Shown here: positions 1 to 9,865 of the stretch, piece by piece
Layout of the letters: each line of letters begins with the position of its first letter
How positions within the stretch are numbered: the stretch's first letter is position 1
The notes under the pieces: generated by a model
Seen by the model: the letters and a program-made list of their open reading frames with translations, nothing else
Databases searched by the model: none
Told to the model about the DNA's origin: nothing
Translations under genes and position numbers: made by a program
Origin: an uncultured Dehalococcoidales bacterium
GTDB lineage: Bacteria; Chloroflexota; Dehalococcoidia; Dehalococcoidales; UBA5627
DNA length: 64,000 nt
Direction of reading: 5' to 3'
Assembly: GCA_964547375.1 (NCBI GenBank)
Contig: CAZJMW010000001.1
Coordinates: forward strand, 2,319-66,318

Positions 1-1682
1 GCAGAAATAAAAGTCTTGTTTTTATGCAGATTGTGATGATATCCGATGGCAAAGCGGTGTGCCTCATCCCTGACACGCTGTAAAAGTTGCAGCGCAGGAG
101 AGCTTTTCGGCAGGATTATCGGCTCTGAAACACCGGGCGTGAATATCTCTTCATTTTCTTTTGCCAACCCGATAACCTGAAACGATTCAACGTTGATGCT
201 TTTGAGGATTTCCATTACCGAACTGAGTTGTCCTTTACCACCGTCTATCAACATCAGGTCGGGTATGATTTTCCATGTATCGGAAGTCTCCTGATTGCTG
301 CTCTTGTATCTGCCGAAACGACGCTTGATAACCTCCTGCATCATGGCAAAATCATTGGGCTGTTCTATGGTTTTGATTTTAAAACGGCGGTAGTGGGCGC
401 TTTTGGGGCGGCCTTTTTCAAAGACTACCATGCTGCCGACGGCATCTTTTCCCTGTATATTGGAAATATCATAACCCTCAATCCTTAGCGGTAAAGCGGG
501 CATTTTAAGAGCATTTTGCAATTCCTCCAAAGCTGTGCTGATACCGGCCTGGCTGGATATCTGTTTTATCTTAAGTTCCTGCAGCCCGCGCCTGGCATTT
601 AAGGCTACTGTATCCACCAATTGCTTTTTATCTCCCCTTACAGGCGATTGTATTCGTACGGAGCTGCCTTTTTTCTTTCCCAGCCAGCCTTCGATGACGG
701 TTTTATCCAGTATCGGGTATTGAAGGAGAACAAGAGACGGAATATAAGCCGCCGAAGAGTAAAACTGCTTTACGAAATCGGTCATTACCTGCATCGGTTC
801 TTCTGACTGCGTCCCCTGAATGGTAAAGCCTTCTTTGCCGATAATTTTCCCGCCGCGTATAAAAAATATTTGCGCATAAGCCGTATCTCTATCCTGGGCA
901 AAGGCAATTACGTCCTGTTCACCCTTTACTTTAGTTGCCAGCTTTTGCCAGTTAATAACTTCTTTTATGGCTTTAATGCGGTCTCTGAGTACTGCCGCTT
1001 TTTCATATTCCAGTTTTGAAACAGCTTTTTGCATATAATCTTCCAGTTGCCGCACAACCTTTTCCTGTTTGCCTTCCAAAAACAGTATCAATCTGTTTAT
1101 AGATTCCATATAATCTTCACGGGTAATTGCACTAATACAGGGGCCGGGGCATTTGTGGATATCGTATTCCAGGCAGGGGCGGGTAACTTTTTTACTCAAG
1201 TCTTTCGAGCAGGAGCGGAAGGGAAATATTTCCTTAACTGTTTTAAGTGTCTGCTTGATGGAGTAGGCGCTTGAAAAAGGACCGAAATAACGTGCGCCGT
1301 CATCTTCCAGCTTGCGGGTTATCTGAACGCGCGGATAGTCTTCAGTGAGGGATATTTTCAGATATGGGAAGGTCTTATCATCCTTCAACCTGATGTTATA
1401 ATACGGTTTGTGCCTCTTGATAAGGTTAAGCTCGAGAATCAGCGCTTCTTCTTCGGATGCCGTTATAAAGTAATCGATATCGTTTATACGGGGCACCAGG
1501 TGCGTAATCTTAAAACTCTGTTCCTGCGAATTATTGAAATAGGACCTGACGCGGTTTTTCAGATTCACTGCTTTGCCGACATATATAATAGTACCATCGG
1601 AATCCCGCATAATATAAACACCGGGATTTTCCGGCAATCTCGCTACCTTTTCCAGCAACTGATTATCAATTGCGTCTTTCAA
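1..1682 (-). CDS. uvrC: Excinuclease ABC subunit C (UvrC), N-terminal ~560 codons; 3' end runs off the window
   Basis: Absent from the ORF track because there is no stop codon inside the window. My reverse-strand translation starts at TTG 1682, with SD AAGGAAG just upstream. It reads LKDAIDNQLLEKVARLPENPGVYIMRDSDGTIIYVGKAVNLKNRVRSYF (GIY-YIG), then ...HKCPGPCISAITREDY... and ...EYEKAAVLRDRIKAI (UVR domain), and stays open to position 1. Confidence 0.9.
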   Translation of the reverse strand, partial: MKDAIDNQLLEKVARLPENPGVYIMRDSDGTIIYVGKAVNLKNRVRSYFNNSQEQSFKITHLVPRINDIDYFITASEEEALILELNLIKRHKPYYNIRLKDDKTFPYLKISLTEDYPRVQITRKLEDDGARYFGPFSSAYSIKQTLKTVKEIFPFRSCSKDLSKKVTRPCLEYDIHKCPGPCISAITREDYMESINRLILFLEGKQEKVVRQLEDYMQKAVSKLEYEKAAVLRDRIKAIKEVINWQKLATKVKGEQDVIAFAQDRDTAYAQIFFIRGGKIIGKEGFTIQGTQSEEPMQVMTDFVKQFYSSAAYIPSLVLLQYPILDKTVIEGWLGKKKGSSVRIQSPVRGDKKQLVDTVALNARRGLQELKIKQISSQAGISTALEELQNALKMPALPLRIEGYDISNIQGKDAVGSMVVFEKGRPKSAHYRRFKIKTIEQPNDFAMMQEVIKRRFGRYKSSNQETSDTWKIIPDLMLIDGGKGQLSSVMEILKSINVESFQVIGLAKENEEIFTPGVSEPIILPKSSPALQLLQRVRDEAHRFAIGYHHNLHKNKTFIS

Positions 1683-1861
1683 TTATTACTTCCTTTGATG
1701 TGTTAATTGTATTTTATCACAGCGCAGCAGGGGGGCAAACAATCAAAAAGGAACATCATAGTCTGCTACGGAGATTACAGGAAATGAAATTAGCAACCCG
1801 CTACTCCGATTATTGAAAACTGAGGAGCGGATAAAAACATTGTTGAAGCTTGCGTTAATAC

Positions 1862-2506
1862 TCAGGACTTTGAGTCATTATTCAAAGCGTCTAAAGTCTT
1901 TGTTGTCTCTTCGGCTTTATTTAGAAGTTGTTCCGAAAGCCTGGTAAGGGTTGCTGCCGCTTCTATTATGGATTTTACCGAGAAGGTCGCCAGCGCTGCA
2001 ATTTCGGAAGCTGCTTTATCAGCTTTGTCAGCAGCCAGTTCGCCGGCCTTACGCAGCTCGTCGGTTTTTCGGGTGGCTTCGTCGGATAGTTTTTTGAATA
2101 CCTCAATAGCCTCCCTGGCCGCTTTATCGGCCTGGTCTGCTTTTTGTGCTGCCTGTTCGGATGCGTTGATGGCACCATTAGCTATCAATTCAGCTTTATT
2201 GGCGGCGTCGGTTGCTGCTTTGGTAGCCTGAGCGGCCGCCTGCTCGCCGGCCTGCCTGGCCTCTTCGGCTCCTTTGCTGGCTTCTACAGAGGCATTGGTT
2301 GCTGATACTGCGGCATCATTGGATGCTTTGGCTGCTGCTTCAGCGCGTCTTGCGGCTTCTGCTGCTGCTTCTATGTTGTCATCCATTTCGTCAAGTATTT
2401 GGGGTAAAGGCTTGGTAAGTATTTTGGCGCGTTTATATTGAGCTCCCTCTTCTGAAGCGGAATCGGTTACTTTTTCATTTTTATTCTTATCATTATTTAA
2501 AGACAT
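1862..2506 (-). CDS. Alanine-rich coiled-coil protein, function unknown
   Basis: ORF 1862..2596. I prefer the internal ATG at 2506 (MSLNNDK...) because GGAGG lies 5 nt upstream. The N-terminal extension in the track is hydrophobic with no SD. Sequence is low-complexity, A/E/K/Q-rich and helical. Confidence 0.6.
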   Translation of the reverse strand: MSLNNDKNKNEKVTDSASEEGAQYKRAKILTKPLPQILDEMDDNIEAAAEAARRAEAAAKASNDAAVSATNASVEASKGAEEARQAGEQAAAQATKAATDAANKAELIANGAINASEQAAQKADQADKAAREAIEVFKKLSDEATRKTDELRKAGELAADKADKAASEIAALATFSVKSIIEAAATLTRLSEQLLNKAEETTKTLDALNNDSKS

Positions 2507-2671
2507 ATATCCTCCATGCCGACAACTGTTAACTATCTCAAGATAAATACTTGCAGGGACATTGAATAGTATTATTAAAATAATTATACTTGTCAAACGA
2601 ACCCGACTAAAACTTAAATAATTTATTGAGTTATGTTAAAATAGGGGAAACTCAAGCAGTGAGGAGGAAAC

Positions 2672-3586
2672 ATGAAAGAGGATATAGAAGGCTTTTTAAA
2701 TTACCTTACTGTAGAAAAAGGCTTTTCGGGAAACACAATCGAGGCCTATCGCAATGATTTAACACAGCTTTTGGAATTTGCGGAAAAAGAAACGCTGAAT
2801 AAAAGCATCATTCCGGCCTGGGATAATTTCAGCCGTCAGAGCATGTTAGCCTATGTATTGAATCTGAAGGAACGAAATTATGCCGTTACCACCGTTGCCC
2901 GTAAAGTGGCGGCCGCCAAGTCGTTTTTCGGTTTCATGGTTTCCGAAGGAAAGCTCAGGGAAGACCCGACAGAGAACGTAAGTTCCCCCAAAGTGGGCAA
3001 GCCGTTACCGGATGCTCTTTCCATCAGCCAGGTCAGGCATTTGATTGAACAACCTGCCAAAATCAATACTCCGGATGCCAAACGCGACCGGTCAATGCTT
3101 GAGCTGCTTTATGCCAGCGGTATGCGAGTGAGCGAACTTACAGCATTGAACCTGGGTGATATCGACATCAGTAATTGTTTTGTGCGTTGTTTCGGAAAAG
3201 GCAGCAAGGAGAGAATGGTTCCCATTTATCCGCAGGCTGCCAAAATAGTCGATGAATATATAAGGGAAGTCAGGCCTTTATGGGCTCATCGGGATACTGA
3301 AAAGGCTTTGTTTTTAAACCAGCGCGGTGAGCGTTTAACAAGGCAGGGGCTTTGGCAGATTTTAAAGAATTATGCCAGGGAGGCCGGGCTTGATAAACAG
3401 GTTACTCCGCATACCTTAAGACATAGTTTTGCCACGCACATGTTAAGCGGGGGGGCAGACCTCAGGTCGGTTCAAGAGTTACTGGGTCATGCCAATATAT
3501 CCACCACCCAGATATATACTCACCTGACATCGGAGCATGTCAGGAACACCTATGAGAAAGCTCATCCAAGAGCCAAGCAATCTTAG
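2672..3586 (+). CDS. xerD: Tyrosine site-specific recombinase XerC/XerD family
   Basis: SD GAGGAGG before the ATG. N-terminal SAM-like domain (NTIEAYRNDL). Catalytic region reads LRHSFATHMLSGGADLRSVQELLGHANISTTQIYTHL. The C-terminal HPRA resembles XerD. XerC versus XerD cannot be settled from sequence alone. Confidence 0.9.
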   Translation: MKEDIEGFLNYLTVEKGFSGNTIEAYRNDLTQLLEFAEKETLNKSIIPAWDNFSRQSMLAYVLNLKERNYAVTTVARKVAAAKSFFGFMVSEGKLREDPTENVSSPKVGKPLPDALSISQVRHLIEQPAKINTPDAKRDRSMLELLYASGMRVSELTALNLGDIDISNCFVRCFGKGSKERMVPIYPQAAKIVDEYIREVRPLWAHRDTEKALFLNQRGERLTRQGLWQILKNYAREAGLDKQVTPHTLRHSFATHMLSGGADLRSVQELLGHANISTTQIYTHLTSEHVRNTYEKAHPRAKQS

Positions 3587-3613
3587 ATTTTACGCAGTTT
3601 TCGGAGGTCTTTT

Positions 3614-3913
3614 ATGGCGGCAAACCAGAAACACGGTAAAGGGAAATATGCCTACCAGGCTAAAAAGGCCGGCAAGCAAATGGAGCGGCCGGCGACTGCT
3701 GTACAGTCTGTTGTTTCCGATAGCGGAAAAAACGCAAATGATACAACAGGTATTGTAAAGAGAGATAACGGTGTTACCCTGGCAAAAAACAATACTGCGG
3801 TAATGCCTATTAACATCGGCAAAATCGATTTAGCATATGAAGTTAAACGTATTGCTATTATAGCAGCCGTTATAATCGCATTGTTAATTATTTTATTTAT
3901 TGTGCTAAAATAA
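3614..3913 (+). CDS. Small tail-anchored membrane protein, hypothetical
   Basis: GGAGG SD 5 nt before the ATG. Basic hydrophilic N-terminus and a single C-terminal TM helix (IAIIAAVIIALLIILFIVL). Confidence 0.55.
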   Translation: MAANQKHGKGKYAYQAKKAGKQMERPATAVQSVVSDSGKNANDTTGIVKRDNGVTLAKNNTAVMPINIGKIDLAYEVKRIAIIAAVIIALLIILFIVLK

Positions 3914-3937
3914 GCTGTAAATTGAGGTTTGCTCATC

Positions 3938-4576
3938 ATGGATTATCAGGCAGCGAGAATTGCGCTGGTAAATAATTTTAAAGCAGACATCGATGATGAG
4001 CGGGTTCTGAAAGCCATATTGCGCGTACCACGGGAGTTATTTGTTCCCCCGGAAGAGAAGCACCTGGCTTATGAAGACAGGCCTTTGCCCATCGGTATGG
4101 GGCAGACTATTTCACAGCCGTATATAGTGGCTCTAATGACGCAGGCACTGGAGCTTGCAGTTGAGGAGAAAGTCCTCGAAATAGGTACGGGAAGCGGTTA
4201 TCAAACAGCTGTTTTAGCTGAACTGTCGAAATTGGTGGTTACCGTTGAACGTATTCCCGAATTAGCCCGGGCGGCAAATGACAGGCTAAATGTACTTGGA
4301 TATAAGAATATTATTGTTCAGATAGCTGAACCAGATATTGGCTGGCAGGCCGGAGCGCCGTATGACGCAATCATTGTTACGGCTGCAGCCCCGTTTATTC
4401 CGGAAAAACTTCTGGCACAACTGGCGGTTGGAGGAAGGATGGTAATACCGGTGGGTTCTCGTTATGAACAGGACTTATATAAAGTCATAAAACACGAACA
4501 TAAAAGCGAAATCCACAATTTGGGTGGATGCCGCTTTGTGTCTCTAATTGGGGAAGACGCCTGGGATGAAGAGTAA
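3938..4576 (+). CDS. pcm: Protein-L-isoaspartate O-methyltransferase
   Basis: Motifs GQTISQPY and VLEIGTGSGYQ. I prefer ATG 3938 (MDYQAARI) over the track's TTG 3929. Confidence 0.9.
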   Translation: MDYQAARIALVNNFKADIDDERVLKAILRVPRELFVPPEEKHLAYEDRPLPIGMGQTISQPYIVALMTQALELAVEEKVLEIGTGSGYQTAVLAELSKLVVTVERIPELARAANDRLNVLGYKNIIVQIAEPDIGWQAGAPYDAIIVTAAAPFIPEKLLAQLAVGGRMVIPVGSRYEQDLYKVIKHEHKSEIHNLGGCRFVSLIGEDAWDEE

Positions 4577-5192
4577 TCAAGAAATCACAGGAACGCTAAG
4601 CCCTACTATCTCTTTCTGGAATCAATTTCCTGATATCGGTATTAAAAAATGGATTGTCATCTCCTCTGTTCTTTTTACTGTCGGCCTGTTAATTGGAATT
4701 ATTAACCCCAGTATCGATATATTCAACAGCCTGGATTACCTGATAGATATCGCCGGTAGCACAGAATCCTTATCCTCATTCGGCATTTTCATTTTCTACA
4801 TGATTAACAATATCTTTAAAATTATATTATCCTTTGTTTTTGCGCCATTTTTTTGCATCATGCCTGTTTTATCTCTAATTGTTAACGGTTGGATAATATC
4901 AAATGTGGGATATTTTATTGTCGAGATTAATCAATATTCAATCGGATATTACCTGATGGGTATATTGCCGCACGGTATATTTGAAATCCCGGCTTTAATC
5001 ATTGGACAGGCGGCTGCTTTAGGCCTGGGTGCTATGACGATTGCGGCAGTATTTTCAAAAGACAGGCGGGAAGAGTTATTCCCGTATCTAAGAAAAAGTA
5101 TAAAATATCTCGGCGTGGTAATTTTGTTACTGATTATTGCGGCCGGAATTGAGGCATTTATTACACCGCCGGTATTAGGTCTTTTTGAATAA
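4566..5192 (+). CDS. SpoIIM-like (DUF95) integral membrane protein
   Basis: Multi-TM protein with the GILPHGIFEIPALIIGQAAALG motif typical of the stage II sporulation protein M family. ATG 4566 overlaps the pcm stop. The track start is TTG 4548. Confidence 0.7.
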   Translation: MKSNQEITGTLSPTISFWNQFPDIGIKKWIVISSVLFTVGLLIGIINPSIDIFNSLDYLIDIAGSTESLSSFGIFIFYMINNIFKIILSFVFAPFFCIMPVLSLIVNGWIISNVGYFIVEINQYSIGYYLMGILPHGIFEIPALIIGQAAALGLGAMTIAAVFSKDRREELFPYLRKSIKYLGVVILLLIIAAGIEAFITPPVLGLFE

Positions 5193-5270
5193 ATAATGAT
5201 CCGACAAGAATTGCTGAATTAAAAAGCATTATAATATTCTTGGAAATAAAAAAGGAGAGCAGGTGGACAG

Positions 5271-7349
5271 ATGAAACAGTATCAGCCGGAAAACATTAAA
5301 AATGTAGTTTTGCTATCGCATAGCGGTGCCGGCAAGACATCGTTATCGGAGGCAATGTTGTTTAATGCCGGGGTTATCAACCGTTTAGGTAAGGTTGACG
5401 CCGGTACTACCACTTCGGACTATGACCAGGATGAAATAAAACGAAAAATAAGTATAAATACAACATTAATGCCATATGAATGGCATGATATTAAAGTAAA
5501 TATTCTGGATACTCCCGGATATTCCGATTTTGCTGGAGAGGTCGATGCCGCTGTCAGGGTTTGTGAAAGTGCGGTTATTGTGGCAGCTGCGTCATCCGGA
5601 ATGGAAGTCGGAACCGAGCAGGCATGGGCTTATTGCGAGGATGCTAAACTGGCTCGCATGTTTTTTATCAATAAGATGGACCGGGAAAATGCCAACTTCG
5701 GTAAAATAACAGGTGAAATTCAGGCAAAATTCGGTACTAAATGCATACCTGTACAGATGCCGGTAGGTGCACATACTGATTTTAAGGGCGTAGTAAGTCT
5801 TCTTACAATGAAATACTATAGCGGCGAAAAGGGCGAAGAAGCAGATATCCCTTCCGAACTAAAAGAGCAAGCGTCATCTATGCGTGAAAAGATGGTAGAG
5901 GCTATTGCTGAGACAGATGACCAGTTAATTGAAAAGTACTTAAACGGCGAAGAGCTCAGTCAGGAAGAACTGTTGTCTACTTTAAAGAAAGCAGTAGCCG
6001 ATGTTAAGATATTTCCGATTTTAGCCGGTTCGGCCTTGCAAAACGTGGCTATAAACAGGTTGATGAGCATGATAAACGAATATCTGCCTTCACCCCAAAA
6101 TGCCGAGATTCAAACTACCGAGGATTCAGCCATAAAGGATATCAAAATAAATTCTGCCGGACCTCTGGCCGCCCTGGTTTTTAAGACCAGCGCAGACCCG
6201 TATGTAGGCAAACTGACTTACTTTAAGGTATTTTCAGGGGAACTGGAAAGCAATTCGCAGGTTTGGAATGTTAATCAGGGCAACGCCGAAAGGCTCGGGC
6301 AGCTTTTTATCATAAGGGGAAAGACCCAGGAGCCAGTAGCTAAAATCAGCGCAGGGGATATGGGCGCAGTTGCCAAATTGAGTATTACAGCCACCGGCGA
6401 TACACTGGGAATGCAGGATAAACAGGTAAAAATTGCTCCGGCTGTCTACCCTAAAACACTCTTCAGCGTGGCCGTATTACCCAAAACCAAGGCTGATGTC
6501 GATAAACTGGGTCCGTCTCTTACCAGGTTAGCGGAAGAAGACCCGACGCTGATTGTTCATCGCGACCCGGATACCGGGGAAACCATTCTATCAGGGCTTG
6601 GTGAGACACAGGTTGAAGTTGCAGCTGAAAAAATCCAGCGCAAGTTCGGTGTGGCCGTTGAACTAAAGGCTCCCAAGGTTCCGTATAAGGAAACGATTAC
6701 GAGGTCGGCTAAAGGCGAATATAAGCATAAGAAACAAACCGGCGGGCACGGACAGTATGGGCATGTAATACTTGAACTTGAACCTATTACCGGCGGCGGG
6801 GAAAACGAATTTGAAAACAAGGTAGTCGGCGGAACAATCCCCAAGAACTATATCCCTGCCGTTGAAAAGGGTGTGCATGAGGCTATTAAGGAAGGCGCCA
6901 TTGCCGGATATCCGATTGTCAATATCAGGACTCTGGTAATGGATGGAAGTTTTCATCCGGTGGATTCTTCGGAAATCTGTTTCAAGATTGCCGGAGCGGG
7001 CGCTTTCAAGAAAGCAATGTTGGATGGTAATCCCATTTTACTGGAACCGATTGTAAATATGAAAATTAAAATCCCCGGTGATTATACCGGAGATATTATC
7101 GGCGACCTGAATACAAAGCGCGCCCGTGTACAGGGCATGAACCCTGAAGGCAGTAATAACACTGTTGATGCGCAGGTGCCGCTGGCGGAGATTTTGCGTT
7201 ATGCTATCGATTTGAAATCGATGACGCAGGGCAGGGGTTCATTCAGTTATGAGTTCGACCACTATGAAGAAGTTCCTTCTCATATAACCCAGAAGATAGT
7301 TGCCGAACATGAAGCGGAAAAACTGAAGATGGCTGAGGGTAAAGCTTAA
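5271..7349 (+). CDS. Elongation factor G paralog (EF-G2-like translational GTPase)
   Basis: 692 aa with five-domain EF-G architecture. The G1 motif is SHSGAGKTS rather than AHVDAGKTT, as in EF-G2-type paralogs. DTPGYSDF and NKMD motifs are present. Confidence 0.85.
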   Translation: MKQYQPENIKNVVLLSHSGAGKTSLSEAMLFNAGVINRLGKVDAGTTTSDYDQDEIKRKISINTTLMPYEWHDIKVNILDTPGYSDFAGEVDAAVRVCESAVIVAAASSGMEVGTEQAWAYCEDAKLARMFFINKMDRENANFGKITGEIQAKFGTKCIPVQMPVGAHTDFKGVVSLLTMKYYSGEKGEEADIPSELKEQASSMREKMVEAIAETDDQLIEKYLNGEELSQEELLSTLKKAVADVKIFPILAGSALQNVAINRLMSMINEYLPSPQNAEIQTTEDSAIKDIKINSAGPLAALVFKTSADPYVGKLTYFKVFSGELESNSQVWNVNQGNAERLGQLFIIRGKTQEPVAKISAGDMGAVAKLSITATGDTLGMQDKQVKIAPAVYPKTLFSVAVLPKTKADVDKLGPSLTRLAEEDPTLIVHRDPDTGETILSGLGETQVEVAAEKIQRKFGVAVELKAPKVPYKETITRSAKGEYKHKKQTGGHGQYGHVILELEPITGGGENEFENKVVGGTIPKNYIPAVEKGVHEAIKEGAIAGYPIVNIRTLVMDGSFHPVDSSEICFKIAGAGAFKKAMLDGNPILLEPIVNMKIKIPGDYTGDIIGDLNTKRARVQGMNPEGSNNTVDAQVPLAEILRYAIDLKSMTQGRGSFSYEFDHYEEVPSHITQKIVAEHEAEKLKMAEGKA

Positions 7350-7375
7350 CAAGCAGTCTCAAACAACTGATACAG

Positions 7376-7414
7376 ACCGGCAGAGCGAGCAATCATTCTG
7401 CCGGTTTTGTTTTT
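7376..7414 (+). terminator. Rho-independent terminator after the EF-G2-like gene
   Basis: Perfect 9-bp stem ACCGGCAGA (7376-7384) / TCTGCCGGT (7397-7405), 12-nt loop, then TTTGTTTTT. Confidence 0.8.
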
Positions 7415-7848
7415 ATAATAATTTTATAGCAAATCAGTCTCGGTCTCCCTTTTCCAAAGTAGAGGAATAGCTCTCTTTTTTTTATTATGCCCATCCTGAA
7501 CATAGTGAAGAATCTTAATGCAAATCCGATATCCATCGCCGTTCTCATCCTAAAGGGGACTGTGTGTTCGACAGGCCTAAGACGCGCGGATACTATTAGA
7601 GTTCTGATAAATTGGGATTTCATTCCGGCAAGCAGGAACTCAACATACGGAGGTGAGCTGTATTTCGACATTCGTCCCTGTTGTCGTAGTTACCTTTGTT
7701 CTGTTTCTCCCCGCCGCCCCGGATTCTTCATTCGTCCCTTATTTATACTTAGCGTAGCTAATGTACGAATTCTGAATGACAAATTACCAATATGCCATGT
7801 GGAGTAATTAAAGGGCATTGCAGGGACCGTCTTGCTTTCAAACCGGGT
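7415..7848. other. Orphan convergent intergenic region; candidate structured ncRNA, identity unresolved
   Basis: No protein-like ORF. The plus strand has the tmRNA-like 5' motif GGGGACTGTGTGTTCGACAGG at 7555-7575. An 11-nt direct repeat CATTCGTCCCT occurs at 7669 and 7729. No T-arm or CCA end was found. Confidence 0.25.
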
Positions 7849-8679
7849 CTATGCGAAGGAGGCGCAGACTATGCGGTCAATGCCTCTTAAATCGGGGATG
7901 ACCTCCACGTCTTTTACGGATGGAATCCCTTTTAGAAGTTCAACTACGGCATCTTTCTGCCCCAGTCCTATTTCAAGCAGCAGGTGTCCGACGGCATTTA
8001 TTTTGTCTTCAATCTGATTGCACAGAACTCGTATAATATCCAGACCGTCGTCTCCACCGTCCAGGGCAAGTCTCGGCTCGCCGGTATTCCCCGGTATATC
8101 CTCTTTTTTAACATATGGCAGATTGGCGGCTATAATATCTGCTTTTTGAGGTAACGGTTCCAGTAAATTCCCGCAAAGCAGGGTTATCCTGTTATTTACA
8201 TTATGCCTGTGGCAATTTATATCCGCTGTTTTTAAGGCGGCGAAGGATACGTCTATGGCAATAATTTTAGCCGATGGCAGATTTACCGCAAGGCTGACGG
8301 CAATGGCTCCGCTGCCGGTTCCGATATCGGCTATAAGCAGATGTTCATATGCGCATGCCAGCGAAAGCGCTTTCTCAACCAGGTGTTCGGTCTCGGGGCG
8401 GGGGATAAGAACGTTATTATCGACATAGAAATCGAGGCCGTAAAACTCTTTGTGTCCGGTAATATAAGCTGTCGGTTCGCCGCGCAGCCTGCGGTCAATA
8501 ATCGACTGCAGGACACCTGCTTTATCATACGGAAACTCCTGCTCCATATTCTGGTAAAACAGTATACGGGTGAAGTTTAACACATGCCTGATAAGCAGTT
8601 CGCTTTCCAGTGAAGCGTCATCGATGTTGTTATTCGAAAAAAGGCTGCGGGTTTGATTAAAACAATCCCTGAGAATCAT
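7849..8679 (-). CDS. prmC: Release-factor glutamine N5-methyltransferase PrmC/HemK
   Basis: SAM motif [11 protein letters not shown]. The catalytic tetrapeptide reads NLPY (8113-8124) instead of NPPY. 4-nt overlap with upstream prfA. Confidence 0.85.
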   Translation of the reverse strand: MILRDCFNQTRSLFSNNNIDDASLESELLIRHVLNFTRILFYQNMEQEFPYDKAGVLQSIIDRRLRGEPTAYITGHKEFYGLDFYVDNNVLIPRPETEHLVEKALSLACAYEHLLIADIGTGSGAIAVSLAVNLPSAKIIAIDVSFAALKTADINCHRHNVNNRITLLCGNLLEPLPQKADIIAANLPYVKKEDIPGNTGEPRLALDGGDDGLDIIRVLCNQIEDKINAVGHLLLEIGLGQKDAVVELLKGIPSVKDVEVIPDLRGIDRIVCASFA

Positions 8680-9746
8680 TCCAGGTGCGACTCTAAAAGC
8701 TTGGCCTGTTCATCAGCGGCTAGCGAATCGAGTAAATCATCCAGGTTTCCTTCCATTACATTCGGAAGGTTGCGAAGCGTTATTCCTCCGCGATGGTCGG
8801 TAATCCTGTCCTGCGGGAAATTATAGGTGCGGATTTTTTCAACGCGTTCGGCGGTGCCTACCTGGGAACGGCGTTCTTCCACGATGTCGCCCTCCTGCTT
8901 GCGCTGTTCCATGTCAAGCAGTCTGGCTCTTAAAACAGACATGGCCTTGGTTTTATTCTTAAGCTGTGAACGTTCGTCCTGGCAGATGACAACAATGCCG
9001 GTCGGAATGTGGGTAATACGAATGGCAGTGGCTACTTTGTTTACATTTTGTCCGCCGGCGCCGCCACTGTGAAAAACATCGATTCTGAGGTCATTCTGAT
9101 TAATATCTACTTCAACTTCATCTGCGACAGGTAGAACGGCTACAGTGGCTGTCGAAGTATGAATACGTCCTGAAGCCTCGGTGGTGGGTACCCTCTGTAC
9201 GCGATGCACCCCCCTTTCATACTTTAGTCTGCTGAATGCTCCTCTGCCGCGGATTTCAAATATAACTTCACGGATACCGCCGGTGCCGATTTCATTGATA
9301 TCGATAATATCTGTAGACCAGCCTTTGATTTGAGCATAACGAGTATACATTCTGAAAAGGTCGGCGGCGAAAAGCCCGGCTTCCTCGCCGCCGGTCCCGG
9401 ATCTTATCTCCACTATAATGTCTTTTTCATCGTTGGGGTCTTTCGGGAGCAGAGCCACTTTTAAATCCTGAAGCTGTTTATCTACCCTGGCTTCAAGACT
9501 ATCGATTTCCTGTTTAACCATCGATAACATTTCTTCATCAAGGCTATCGTTAAGAATTGACCTGGTGTCTTCAAGCGCTTTTACCGATTTCTGGTATTGA
9601 CGGTACAGGTTAACCAGTTCTTCCAACCGTGCCCTTTCCTGAGCCAGTTCCTGCATTTTTTTGGGATTGTATACAGCCTCATCAGAAGCCATTTGTTTTT
9701 CGATTTCAATATATTGCTGCTCGATTTTAGCAAGACGTTCTAACAT
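8676..9746 (-). CDS. prfA: Peptide chain release factor 1
   Basis: GGQ motif ([12 protein letters not shown]), the RF1-type tripeptide region RVPTTE, 356 aa. Confidence 0.95.
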   Translation of the reverse strand: MLERLAKIEQQYIEIEKQMASDEAVYNPKKMQELAQERARLEELVNLYRQYQKSVKALEDTRSILNDSLDEEMLSMVKQEIDSLEARVDKQLQDLKVALLPKDPNDEKDIIVEIRSGTGGEEAGLFAADLFRMYTRYAQIKGWSTDIIDINEIGTGGIREVIFEIRGRGAFSRLKYERGVHRVQRVPTTEASGRIHTSTATVAVLPVADEVEVDINQNDLRIDVFHSGGAGGQNVNKVATAIRITHIPTGIVVICQDERSQLKNKTKAMSVLRARLLDMEQRKQEGDIVEERRSQVGTAERVEKIRTYNFPQDRITDHRGGITLRNLPNVMEGNLDDLLDSLAADEQAKLLESHLE

Positions 9747-9865
9747 TTATTATCTTCATCCCTCTAGGTGACTTTTTTACATTATAACACAGCAAACGCA
9801 ATGCCTTTTTACGACATTGCGTTTTTAGCGGATTATCTGTTAAACAATTACAACATTGTAATTTA

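Noticed and set aside
7555-7848. Calling a complete tmRNA (ssrA) gene
   Set aside because: Only the 5' GGGG...TTCGAC motif is present. I found no T-arm, no 3' acceptor strand complementary to GGGGACT and no CCA before prmC starts. A circularly permuted layout is also unsupported by the upstream sequence. I kept it as an unresolved candidate only.
9844-9861. Palindrome AATTACA-ACAT-TGTAATT just after the nucleotidyltransferase stop, as a possible operator
   Set aside because: It is a short, AT-rich 7-bp inverted repeat with no second copy in the window and no associated regulator. This is too weak to call.
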